From an uncultured virus (IMG/VR IMGVR_UViG_3300024999_000046) (Duplodnaviria > Heunggongvirae > Uroviricota > Caudoviricetes), in the IMG/VR virus record IMGVR_UViG_3300024999_000046: a DNA stretch of 64,000 bases, one strand, 5' to 3'. Below the pieces are notes generated by a model that worked only from the letters and a program-made list of their open reading frames with translations, had not been told where the DNA came from and made no database searches. This document shows, in pieces, positions 50,215-59,716 of the stretch (positions are counted from its first letter, which is position 1; every line of letters starts with the position of its first letter). The position numbers and the translations under genes were made by a program.

Positions 50215-52587
50215 TCACACTCCCTTTATAGGAGCAGGTAATTTAGTAATAAACTTTGCATATCCTTCTTTGCATTTGATTAAATTCAAACTATGATACC
50301 TTGGTAGTTTTAACAAATCTTCCATTTCATAAGGTTGAAGTTCATCCTTTAATTCATTGTAATTTTGCTTATCACAACCTGATAATAACATATAGCTTGC
50401 GTTTGCACTTCTTAATTCATCTCTAATTCCTTTTATTTGATTGAGATAATGACATGATATAATAGGTTTAAGCCGGAATTTAGCGAGTCTCGATAATTTA
50501 TCTGTTAAAAATAATTCTGTATTATTTACTTGATATAATTCATCAATAAATAGATTGACCTTGACTCTATCTCCTTTATCTCTAAATTTTTCTGCTCTTA
50601 ACTGTAACGACAACCATAATTTAGTCATCCAATAAGTGCAATATACATCTCTTTCTTCATCAGTTGAAAACATTGATTCTGGCATTCTAAGACAAATTAG
50701 TTGTGGTTTTTGAAGTTCATCAATTAAATTAATATTATCTTCAGTTCCTTTTTTCAACATTAATTCCATATAAGTATTTGATTTAAGTTTTTGCAAACGA
50801 TCTAAAATTCCAGTAATAAAACTAAATTTAGTGCCTACAAGATTTCCTTGTTTGTCATATTCATTAAGTTCGTCCAAAGCGATAATATATTCACCTAGAT
50901 TTTCTTTTTGATTTGATGGAATTTTACTCATATATCGTTCTCTTACTTTGTGATTAGTCAATACATCAAAAACAGATTTAATATTTCCATCTTGAATAAA
51001 AGTAATCAAAGAAGCCGAACACAACATTCTTTCCATTCTTGGAGCAAGAGTTTTTTCATCAGAATTTACAGAATTAATAAGGGTTAATAATTGAGTAGTT
51101 TGCTTTTTAGCATTGTCATATTGAATAAAAACATCAGAATCTATTCCTACTTCATTATAACCAAGTCCTTGAAGTTTGCTTATATCTCCACATTCAATAA
51201 TTTTAACTCTTTCTTCAGGAAATACACTAGCAATTTCCATTGATAATTCACAATTTTCAATAAAATCAAAAATTATACAGCATTCATTATGTTGCATAGC
51301 ATTTCGTGCAAGATTAGAAATTAGGACACTCTTTCCACTTCTTGTAGGGCCAACTAAGACTAGACATAACTGAGAATATTCTCTATCTGTACTAAGGAAT
51401 GCTTCCTGATGAATTCCTCTATACGTGTTTGTTCCTACACTCATTACACCAGTTCTTAAATCTTCTGGAACTTGAGTTTCCTGAGTATTGACTTTATCAA
51501 TAAAATTAAATCTATCAAGTATTTTTCTACCTGCTAAAGCAATAAAATTTTGACATTCTCCAGATGAAATTTTGTTGATTTCTGCTCCTTTTATAGAATA
51601 ATCATTAGGATTAAATTTTTGACTATAATACTTTGCTTTTAGAGAATTGCCACCATCCTCTTCATTTATCACTTCAAAACTTTGAGATAAACTTTTAACA
51701 TGATTAATTTCTCTTAATTTATCTATGCTTTCTGACAATATAATAATTTGAGTGTTTAATATAATATCTGTTGCTTTGGAATAAGTTGATTTACTGACTG
51801 CTGATTTGTTCATTCTCTCGATTACTCTCTCCATTTGTACCAAACTATCAGTTGATAATCCTTTCTTTTTAGATGGTTTTCCAGAAGTAACTTCTCCTAG
51901 TAAATCACTAATCTCAACAACAATGGAAACAATGATTTTACCTAAATACCATATATTTGCCTTTTGTCTGTCAGTTGGTAAACCATCTCTTACTTTTTGA
52001 ATCGTGTTTTTATACTCAGATTTCCATGGAAATTGATTAGTAGGAATAAAATTGTAGAATATCCCTACTTTATCACCATCCTCTAATACATCTATAACAT
52101 TAAGATTTGAACTAAGAAGTTCGCTACTACGCTTATCAATAGATAAACTAAGTGCATTTTCTTTAGAATAAACCAACTGATATTTTGTTGATTTTTCACT
52201 AAATAAAGGAATTGCATCAACTTCTTTAATAGTAACATTTGCCCATGAATCTTTAATCTTTTCTTTCAATAGTGATAAGTAATTTTTTGGAATAATAAAA
52301 TAGAATTCTACATTTTCTTTTTCAATAAAAATAAAATATGAAACTTTTTCTGGCAATTGATAACTGTATTTAGTTCCAACCATAAATTGTCTTTTAAATG
52401 GATATAGTTTAATTAATTTTCCTTCTTCTACTTTGATATGGCGAGATACACCTTGAAAGATTGTAGAAATTGATTTAGCAATTCGATCTGTACTTTTGTT
52501 TTCAATGGAATTATTTGGAGTTAATTTTAGATAGACATACTCAGGGTGAATAATTTCAAAATAATTACTTAATTTAATTCCTTTCAT
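50215..52587 (-). CDS. FtsK/HerA/VirD4-superfamily ATPase
   Basis: Walker A GPTRSGKS, Walker B LFIDELYQ; 790 aa. Confidence 0.8.
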   Translation of the reverse strand: MKGIKLSNYFEIIHPEYVYLKLTPNNSIENKSTDRIAKSISTIFQGVSRHIKVEEGKLIKLYPFKRQFMVGTKYSYQLPEKVSYFIFIEKENVEFYFIIPKNYLSLLKEKIKDSWANVTIKEVDAIPLFSEKSTKYQLVYSKENALSLSIDKRSSELLSSNLNVIDVLEDGDKVGIFYNFIPTNQFPWKSEYKNTIQKVRDGLPTDRQKANIWYLGKIIVSIVVEISDLLGEVTSGKPSKKKGLSTDSLVQMERVIERMNKSAVSKSTYSKATDIILNTQIIILSESIDKLREINHVKSLSQSFEVINEEDGGNSLKAKYYSQKFNPNDYSIKGAEINKISSGECQNFIALAGRKILDRFNFIDKVNTQETQVPEDLRTGVMSVGTNTYRGIHQEAFLSTDREYSQLCLVLVGPTRSGKSVLISNLARNAMQHNECCIIFDFIENCELSMEIASVFPEERVKIIECGDISKLQGLGYNEVGIDSDVFIQYDNAKKQTTQLLTLINSVNSDEKTLAPRMERMLCSASLITFIQDGNIKSVFDVLTNHKVRERYMSKIPSNQKENLGEYIIALDELNEYDKQGNLVGTKFSFITGILDRLQKLKSNTYMELMLKKGTEDNINLIDELQKPQLICLRMPESMFSTDEERDVYCTYWMTKLWLSLQLRAEKFRDKGDRVKVNLFIDELYQVNNTELFLTDKLSRLAKFRLKPIISCHYLNQIKGIRDELRSANASYMLLSGCDKQNYNELKDELQPYEMEDLLKLPRYHSLNLIKCKEGYAKFITKLPAPIKGV

Positions 52588-52599
52588 TTGATAACCTCC

Positions 52600-52842
52600 T
52601 CATCCTAGTAAATACTTAATCATGGCATAACTAACAGTAATAATACCTAATTTTTGAAGTCCTGATTTATATCCTCCAATATAAAGAATAATTAGAATTC
52701 CTCCTCCAACTAATGCAACGGCATGGGATACATATATGATATTTGAAATAATTCCTGTCATAATCCAATTAAAGCTTTCAGTAACACTTTCTTTTAATGC
52801 AGTTTTTATAGCAGTAGTAAACCAATCTGCGTAATTTACCAT
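52600..52842 (-). CDS. small membrane protein
   Basis: Two hydrophobic helices; operon with ATPase. Confidence 0.7.
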   Translation of the reverse strand: MVNYADWFTTAIKTALKESVTESFNWIMTGIISNIIYVSHAVALVGGGILIILYIGGYKSGLQKLGIITVSYAMIKYLLG

Positions 52843-53184
52843 TCACTTTAAACCTCCTATCATGGCATCGATTTGATCTAGGCCGTAAGGAAGTAATAGT
52901 AAAAGAGCATACATACCTAAGTAACTTAGAATTGTTTTCTTCGTTGCTTGGAAATCTCCGGCAAGGGCATGTTGAACTATTTCCAATCCTCCTTTAATTA
53001 AAATTACTGCCCTGCCAAGACCTAATACTTTCCTGTAAAATTGATCTGATGTTTGCTCAATTGTTGCTACTCCAAGGGCAACAGAAGGATCAATTAGGAC
53101 AATATAACCAATTATTAATCCTCCTTGTAAATATTTAATTCCATGCTTTTTTAAGTGAATTTTAATTGAATTTTTCTTTAACAT
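52843..53184 (-). CDS. small membrane protein, VirB2/TrbC pilin-like topology
   Basis: Leader ending SVALG/VA followed by two TM helices. Confidence 0.55.
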   Translation of the reverse strand: MLKKNSIKIHLKKHGIKYLQGGLIIGYIVLIDPSVALGVATIEQTSDQFYRKVLGLGRAVILIKGGLEIVQHALAGDFQATKKTILSYLGMYALLLLLPYGLDQIDAMIGGLK

Positions 53185-53323
53185 AAATTACCACTCCTTA
53201 CTTTAAGGAAATAGGATAAAAGAGTTCTAAATTGAATGTGTCGTGGCATATTGTTAGGTATAACTCGTTATGCCGAACAAATTTAGCATAAGTATACCCA
53301 ATTTTTATAATCTCATCTCTTTT

Positions 53324-53353
53324 GTATATTTTTTATGATTGTTGGTAATAATA
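53324..53353 (+). promoter_or_regulatory. sigma-F-type (forespore) promoter
   Basis: GTATA-15-GGTAATAATA matches the B. subtilis sigma-F consensus. Confidence 0.6.
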
Positions 53354-53384
53354 CAGTCATAATTAATTTTAAGGAGATGAGATT

Positions 53385-53471
53385 ATGCCATTAGTTGCAG
53401 GATTTTATGTCTTACTAGGAAGTGGAATGGTTTACTCAGGACTTTTAACATTAGCAAGTTTATTGAATTAG
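53385..53471 (+). CDS. 28-aa hydrophobic peptide
   Basis: RBS aaggag; MPLVAGFYVLLGSGMVYSGLLTLASLLN; followed by terminator aatcccc..ggggatt-T run. Confidence 0.6.
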   Translation: MPLVAGFYVLLGSGMVYSGLLTLASLLN

Positions 53472-53573
53472 GATTATATTGCCTCACCAAATCCCCACTA
53501 TTGGGGATTATTTTTTTGCTAATTTATAATAAAACATTCAAAACATAACCAAATTATCACTCAACAACTCCTT

Positions 53574-53822
53574 TTATTTCACTTTCCCTTGACCATAATC
53601 ATTCCATTCGTTTTCACAATCTTTACACACATAACCCCAATATCTTGGATCAATATCATTTAACTCAACATCACTACTTGAATCAATTTCATCAATGCTC
53701 TTATCTGCTAGGTTAATGTAAGCATGAGTAACAACTTGAGCATATCCTATAATATTTTTAGAACCACATTCAGGACATCCACTAGGAATTACAAAAGGTT
53801 TTCTTTTTAAAATTTCATCTAT
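53574..53822 (-). CDS. 82-aa Zn-ribbon protein with ATA start
   Basis: RBS ggagg then ATA; CPECGS..CKDC; absent from ORF track. Confidence 0.5.
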   Translation of the reverse strand: MDEILKRKPFVIPSGCPECGSKNIIGYAQVVTHAYINLADKSIDEIDSSSDVELNDIDPRYWGYVCKDCENEWNDYGQGKVK

Positions 53823-53845
53823 TCTCTTCCTCCTTAATTTAAACT

Positions 53846-54094
53846 TTACACCATCTCGTTCTCATCAATTCCTTTACTTAAATAATATGTCTCTCCATTC
53901 CCATCTCTCCTCCCCTTTTTGCAAATGTTAGCGATATAAAATGCTTTGATAATGTTCCTAACAATAAAATAACTTAATCCAGTTTTTTCTGATAATGTTG
54001 ATATTTTCATAGCATTCATATCATTAGTGATATTTGATTCCTGAAGAACTTGAAGAACTTTAATCTCTGATTTATTGAGTTTATCAGTTAGCAA
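53846..54094 (-). CDS. winged-HTH protein
   Basis: LNKSEIKVLQ.L..ISTLSEKTGLSY..G.RDGNGETYY. Confidence 0.65.
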   Translation of the reverse strand: MLTDKLNKSEIKVLQVLQESNITNDMNAMKISTLSEKTGLSYFIVRNIIKAFYIANICKKGRRDGNGETYYLSKGIDENEMV

Positions 54095-54403
54095 TGCCTT
54101 GTGACCTCCTTTGTGTGATGTTGATATGTTTAATCTTTATTAGTGGTTGATTGTCTAATATGTTAGTTAATTTATCCCAAATATTCTTGTCAAACATAAT
54201 CGTGAGTATACCAATTGTTTACCAGAATACCAAGGTATACTTTTGTCATAGTTGTATACCCTAGAAAAAGAAAACCCTCCAATTCTCAGAACTATATACC
54301 AACATAAACAAACTTGTCCTATTATACATATATACATTTGCATACCTACGTTTATCTGTAAATATATCTGTCTACAAATGTATATCTACCTACAACTGAA
54401 AAC

Positions 54404-54432
54404 TTGTAAAAGTACACAATTAATGATACACT
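54404..54432 (+). promoter_or_regulatory. sigma-A promoter of the parM operon
   Basis: TTGTAA-17-TACACT with extended TG. Confidence 0.6.
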
Positions 54433-54472
54433 ATCTCACATACATTAAAATATTATTAAGGGGGATTTAAAA

Positions 54473-55459
54473 ATGAATGAGATGAACGAGATGAACGATG
54501 AAGAAATATTAGGTCTTGATGCAGGAAATTCATACTACAAAACCAGCACCGGCGTAGTATTAAGAGCAAGAATTAAGTTTAATACTGAGGGTGATGGTCT
54601 ACTCAAAAGCAATACTTACCTAGTTAAAAAAGATGGTTTAAGTCATCTTGTAGGAGATCCAGAAGGAAAAATCTATATCAATCCAGATAAATACACCACA
54701 ACACATTTTGATTTATGTACATTAACTTCTATTGCTTTAAGTTTTCCAGACTGTAAAGATATTAAAGTAAAATTAGTAGTTGGTACTCCTGCTGGCTACT
54801 ATAAGCAACACGCCACGGCCTATCTCGATAAGTTAAAATCTATGGGAGTTCAAACAATTAATATTGGTGATGGTAGAGGTAATATCAATATTGAAATAAC
54901 TGATTCTATTTGTTACATTCAATCTGGAATAACTGATTCTCAAAAAGGAAAATATGAATATCCCCTATTAGTTTTAGATTTTGGTGGAGGAACTTTAGAT
55001 GCTTCATTGTGGCGTAAAGGTGATGATATTAACCCTGAAAATACTGAAGTAATTTTAGATTCTAAAGTAAGTTATACTCAATTTGGTTTTGATCAAATAT
55101 TAGAGCAAATTACAACGACCTTTAATTCTAAAAATGGAACTAGGTTTAAACCTCATGAATTATTGCAATATCTTAAACGGTCAGAAATTACATTGCGAAA
55201 GCAAAGTTATGACTTAGAAAGGACAAAAGATGAAATTCTTATAGATTATATTGATAATGTAATTTCTTCTTTGGAAAAAACATTTGATTTGCAACAGGCA
55301 TTAGAAACCTGTGTCATGGGAGGCCCTGCAGAAGTAATATTACCTTATCTCAATATTAAACTTGATAATACGGCAAAATTATCTAGTGAACATCCTCAAT
55401 TAACTAATGCTTTGGCATATCTTGATGGTGGAAAGCAATATTGGGATATGGATGAGTAA
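54473..55459 (+). CDS. parM: ParM/StbA actin-like segregation ATPase
   Basis: GLDAGNSYYK, LVVGTP, VLDFGGGTLD, MGGPA, NALAY. Confidence 0.88.
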   Translation: MNEMNEMNDEEILGLDAGNSYYKTSTGVVLRARIKFNTEGDGLLKSNTYLVKKDGLSHLVGDPEGKIYINPDKYTTTHFDLCTLTSIALSFPDCKDIKVKLVVGTPAGYYKQHATAYLDKLKSMGVQTINIGDGRGNINIEITDSICYIQSGITDSQKGKYEYPLLVLDFGGGTLDASLWRKGDDINPENTEVILDSKVSYTQFGFDQILEQITTTFNSKNGTRFKPHELLQYLKRSEITLRKQSYDLERTKDEILIDYIDNVISSLEKTFDLQQALETCVMGGPAEVILPYLNIKLDNTAKLSSEHPQLTNALAYLDGGKQYWDMDE

Positions 55460-55461
55460 TT

Positions 55462-55830
55462 ATGGGTAGTTTAAGAAAATATGTTGGCACAAACCTTAGT
55501 TCAAAAAATGATAAAATCCTAATTGATTATGTAAATCAAATTGAAGAACAAGGAATTTCTAATTCGCAGTTGGTTAAAACATGTTTAAAGTTTTATATGG
55601 ATTATTATCCTAAAAAACTTAAACTAGATGAATTTAATGAAAAAATCACAGATAATATTGTATCAGGGAATATTAAGGTTTCTGTAAATAGTGTAAATCC
55701 AAGAAAAATTAGAAAGAAAAATGAAGTTATTGTGAATGAGATTGAAATAGTTGAGGAAACTACTGTGACTCCTGATAAAAAGAAAGATAGTATTTTTCTT
55801 AAAACTATGAACAATCTCATGTCAGAGTAA
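55462..55830 (+). CDS. ParR-like adaptor
   Basis: Directly after parM; RHH-like N-terminus (SQLVKTCLKFYM), low-complexity C-terminus. Confidence 0.6.
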   Translation: MGSLRKYVGTNLSSKNDKILIDYVNQIEEQGISNSQLVKTCLKFYMDYYPKKLKLDEFNEKITDNIVSGNIKVSVNSVNPRKIRKKNEVIVNEIEIVEETTVTPDKKKDSIFLKTMNNLMSE

Positions 55831-55932
55831 TTAATTTCATTGAATTTATAAAAGCCACACCAGAATACTTAATTGTATCTGAGTGTGGCTTATTTTTTTC
55901 TTATTAGTCTCCGGCCCAATAACTTATCAGCA

Positions 55933-56014
55933 TGTGGATAAAACTTTCTAAACATATATACCTGTGGACAAATTTCATGTATACTTAGAAGGAGAATTGT
56001 ATCAACCTGTCGAA
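55933..56014. promoter_or_regulatory. DnaA boxes and Spo0A box upstream of rep
   Basis: TGTGGATAA at 55933, TGTGGACAA at 55963, TGTCGAA at 56008. Confidence 0.6.
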
Positions 56015-56432
56015 TATATCTATTTAGTAACAGTCCAATATACAATAAGCAAACCCACTAGCCTTTGCAAGAGACTAATGGGTTCTGATCCAGCAAATGT
56101 TCATCACAACATTGCTTAGACTTCTTATATGATTAATTATAATCAAGTATAGAAAAAAATCAAGTCTATATTTGAGTAATAATTTAGTAAGTATTGTCAA
56201 AGTTGGTAGTGTGGTGTAGAAAATACATTGTGCTATCAACTTTTTTATTGGGCAAGACCACTAATTTAATAAGTAAATGCAAAACCCACCTATGATGCTG
56301 TGTCGGCAAACTCGACATCATAGGTGGGCAACAAGGCAAAAGTGTTTTAATCTCTTTTTAAATTATAACACCTTCTGCCTAGCATTGCTACACAATTTTT
56401 CAGAAAATGCTAGAAAGTAGTGATTAATTTTT

Positions 56433-57185
56433 ATGATGGATCTTATAATTGAAAATGAATTACCAATTGTTGTGCAACCTACTGTAGTTAATGTTTTTGG
56501 TCAGACCCAAGCTGAATTATTATCTCGTTTAAAATATTGGATGAATAGAGCAACAAAATATCGTGATGGTTTTCTGTGGGTATACAAGACTGTAGAACAG
56601 TGGGCCTCAGAACTCAATAAATCTACTAAAACAATTCAAAGAGCAATAAAGGATCTAGAGGATAAGAAAGTTCTTATTTCAGAACAATTTGAATCTAAAG
56701 ATTGGTATCATGGAAAATCATATAGAATTGATTTAGATGTATTATATATATTATTGGGAATACCTAAACCTTCAGATGTAAAATCAAATGAATCTAAACC
56801 TGTGGATAAAAAAAGACAAGATGTCCAAGAAGTTGAACAAAATGTCTCAATCATTACACTTAATACCACAATATCTAATAATGTATGTATGGATAAATCA
56901 GAAAAAGAAAATAAAAATGCAAAAGAAGAATTCTGGAAAGATGAAGATTGGCCTCTAATTAAAACGCTTGGGGATTGTCATATAGATCCGGATTCCAATT
57001 TTGCGATTACTGTTACTAAGATTGCTAAGGAATTAATGGTTAACGCAGACCAATTAAAGGAGGCACTTTACATATTATTTAATGCTAAATTTCATATTAA
57101 GAATCCATTTGGTTTTGTGAAAAAAGTTCTTAGAGATTTTATTTCAGGAGAAAGTGCATATTTTAATTATCATTATAAAACATGA
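56433..57185 (+). CDS. replication initiator protein (winged HTH)
   Basis: AELLSRLKYW..DGFLWVYKT.EQWASEL..S.KTIQRAIKDLE; internal DnaA box at 56801. Confidence 0.75.
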   Translation: MMDLIIENELPIVVQPTVVNVFGQTQAELLSRLKYWMNRATKYRDGFLWVYKTVEQWASELNKSTKTIQRAIKDLEDKKVLISEQFESKDWYHGKSYRIDLDVLYILLGIPKPSDVKSNESKPVDKKRQDVQEVEQNVSIITLNTTISNNVCMDKSEKENKNAKEEFWKDEDWPLIKTLGDCHIDPDSNFAITVTKIAKELMVNADQLKEALYILFNAKFHIKNPFGFVKKVLRDFISGESAYFNYHYKT

Positions 57186-57427
57186 AACATAAAAAGGAGT
57201 TCACAATGCAAAGATTAAGAACATGGGAGTTAAAAGAATGTAAAGATTCATATTTAGAATTAATTAATTCAGTTGAAGCAATGGAAATTCCAGTAAGCGA
57301 AAGAATGAAAGTTATTGCTAAAGAAATAGCAATAACCTCATATTTGAATAATTTAAAACCTAATTTAGAAAATTTTAAGAATAGGGTTATTAGGGAGAAT
57401 AGGATTATGAATAATTCTGATTGTTAA
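57182..57427 (+). CDS. hypothetical protein
   Basis: Overlaps rep stop codon. Confidence 0.5.
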   Translation: MKHKKEFTMQRLRTWELKECKDSYLELINSVEAMEIPVSERMKVIAKEIAITSYLNNLKPNLENFKNRVIRENRIMNNSDC

Positions 57428-57431
57428 CATT

Positions 57432-57881
57432 TTAACATCCATTACCACAAGCAAAATATCTCTCACTCACAATCCCATCTTCCATTTCTATAAATTCCTT
57501 TAAAGGCATTTTACATTCTGAACAGATACCTTCTTGTTTACAAAAATTCTCATATTCACTGGAAATATAGTCATAAACTGCATTTTGATCAAATAATTCT
57601 ATGAGTGGAATTTCCTTGTCAATAATTTTATTCCACATATCATCAGAAACTTCATATTCAAAATAGTCTTCGATGTTACTTTTGCAATTTATACAATTTG
57701 ACAATAATTTATTTTCTATTCCTACAGGAATATTTTTCATTAATGATAAATTGATTATGTAATCTGTATACGGTTCACACGGGTAGTCACATAGATTGAT
57801 TCGATTACATTTTATGTTTTCACAATAATTCATTGAATTCTCCTTTACAACAACTCTTTTGCCACATCTGTCCAATTCCAT
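57432..57881 (-). CDS. Cys-rich hypothetical protein
   Basis: Several Cys clusters; true start probably 57833. Confidence 0.55.
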   Translation of the reverse strand: MELDRCGKRVVVKENSMNYCENIKCNRINLCDYPCEPYTDYIINLSLMKNIPVGIENKLLSNCINCKSNIEDYFEYEVSDDMWNKIIDKEIPLIELFDQNAVYDYISSEYENFCKQEGICSECKMPLKEFIEMEDGIVSERYFACGNGC

Positions 57882-58420
57882 AATCTCTTATAATCATTAG
57901 TTTTACTCCACGGATAATCTTTGCCAAACACATATTTGTTTACAGCATTGCTAGAAATTAAATTTGATACATGGTCATCAATGAAAATTGAATCAGGATA
58001 ATCCATTTTGATTATTTCTTTGTTCATTTTAATTCCATTATTATACATGAGAATATAGTCTTTAATGAATGGTAAATTTTCTTGTAAGTATAATGCTTTT
58101 AAAGATAAATTAATCGGAGTTCCAATTGATGCAATAATTATCTGATATTTTTCATTCAATTCTTTTAATATTTCAAATGTATTATCATTTATTAATTCAA
58201 GACAATCAAAAAATAGTGGATTTTCAAATATATCTAATACGTCTGAATCAGATTTGAGGATAGAACATTGATTGCTGAAATTCCATGTATTAACCAATTC
58301 CCAATTAGCAGGAGTAAAATCTTTATGATATTCATATATGAAATTATAAGAAGTGCAGAAACTTCTGGTTGAATTTACAAGAGTGTTGTCAAAATCTACG
58401 AACAATTTAATTTTAGACAT
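57845..58420 (-). CDS. HAD-family 5'(3')-deoxyribonucleotidase-like protein
   Basis: FVDFDNTL and IFIDDH..NL. Confidence 0.8.
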   Translation of the reverse strand: MSKIKLFVDFDNTLVNSTRSFCTSYNFIYEYHKDFTPANWELVNTWNFSNQCSILKSDSDVLDIFENPLFFDCLELINDNTFEILKELNEKYQIIIASIGTPINLSLKALYLQENLPFIKDYILMYNNGIKMNKEIIKMDYPDSIFIDDHVSNLISSNAVNKYVFGKDYPWSKTNDYKRLWNWTDVAKELL

Positions 58421-58952
58421 TAAATCTCTCCTTTAAATATTCTACAAATTTAATAACTTCTTGTTCTTTTTCTTCTTTAGTTTCACATTTTATGTAATAA
58501 TCAAAATTATAATTATCCAATGCTGTTTCTGATATATGCGATCTTTGTTCTGGAGTAAGTTTATTTTCATGATTAAGTCTTTCAATTCTTAATGACACAA
58601 AAAGAAAATCATTATCTAATCTTTCTATCTCATTGGAAAATCGTGTGTCTGGAATAAGGACATAATCATAATCATCCTCAAAAACCTTAACTAATTCAAT
58701 TACATTATCTACCCAATAATTATTATTTTTTGCCCTTACTTTTTCAGTTCCAATTTTTTGTAATAGTTCTCTTCCTTTGACATCTTTTTCACCATTCCAA
58801 TTAAAATATTTTTGACAAATAAATTTTAGTTGATCAGCGTAATTTATGATTAATACTCTTTTATTTTGCTTTTGTAATTCTATTTTAAGAAGCATAGCAG
58901 TAAAGTCCTTGCCAGATTCTGCTTTTCCTGAAATCGGTATAATGATTGGCAT
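58413..58952 (-). CDS. deoxynucleoside monophosphate kinase
   Basis: SGKAESGKD, YADQLK, RELLQKIGTE, PDTRFSNE, HISE. Confidence 0.85.
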   Translation of the reverse strand: MPIIIPISGKAESGKDFTAMLLKIELQKQNKRVLIINYADQLKFICQKYFNWNGEKDVKGRELLQKIGTEKVRAKNNNYWVDNVIELVKVFEDDYDYVLIPDTRFSNEIERLDNDFLFVSLRIERLNHENKLTPEQRSHISETALDNYNFDYYIKCETKEEKEQEVIKFVEYLKERFNV

Positions 58953-58955
58953 TAT

Positions 58956-59702
58956 TTATTTCTCTCCTTTCAATAACATTTCTTTAGTCGGATATTTTCC
59001 ACAGCACCTATTTTTCTCAGGACACCATAAAAGGTATTCACATTGAGCAACCAACCTATCTTTTACTTGAGGTAATAATTTCAATACTTCATCCTTCATA
59101 AGATTTGCTATTTGCCTATGAAAATATTGTGTTCTTGTACATAATCTTTTGTGTAGATAATGAATAAATGCTTCTAATGTAAAAGCAATAACAAGTGAAG
59201 TATTTGTAGCTCTTGGTAGAGAATAATTTGCATCTTCTATTGCTTGTTTTTCATTGATATCATTCTGCACCAGAATATCTTTAATTTGAATTCTTTCTGT
59301 ATTTATATACTCCATTAATTTATTATATTTATTTAATGCTTTAGGAATACTTTCAATTGTTTTAGGAATTGTATAATCAAAATTCTCCATATCAACATAT
59401 CTAAAAGATTTAAGATTTTTCACAATATTCATTGGATTTTCATCATATGTATTATCGTCAATAAAATTATATCTAACACCAATTTCATGACGCATAGCTT
59501 GCTCGCTCACGCCTCTATCCACACCTTCAATTTTGAACTTAATAAATTCAGTTCTACTACCACTATAATGTTCATCTTGATAGCATGAATTCCCTACTTT
59601 TTCAGCAAGTTCTTGTGGTGTATCGTAGCAAGTAGCTGCGAATTCTCCCCATGATTTAAAGATGTTTTTAATTTGATCTGGATTTAATAATGTTACTTGC
59701 AT
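58956..59702 (-). CDS. thyX: FAD-dependent thymidylate synthase, atypical motif
   Basis: FKIEGVDR..Q..RH, SFRYV, EDANYSLP, RLCTR, CPE. Confidence 0.8.
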   Translation of the reverse strand: MQVTLLNPDQIKNIFKSWGEFAATCYDTPQELAEKVGNSCYQDEHYSGSRTEFIKFKIEGVDRGVSEQAMRHEIGVRYNFIDDNTYDENPMNIVKNLKSFRYVDMENFDYTIPKTIESIPKALNKYNKLMEYINTERIQIKDILVQNDINEKQAIEDANYSLPRATNTSLVIAFTLEAFIHYLHKRLCTRTQYFHRQIANLMKDEVLKLLPQVKDRLVAQCEYLLWCPEKNRCCGKYPTKEMLLKGEK

Positions 59703-59716
59703 ATAATCTTCCTCTC

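Noticed and set aside
54252..54470. 72-aa ORF upstream of parM
   Set aside because: It translates the parC-like repeats and promoter region and has no RBS.
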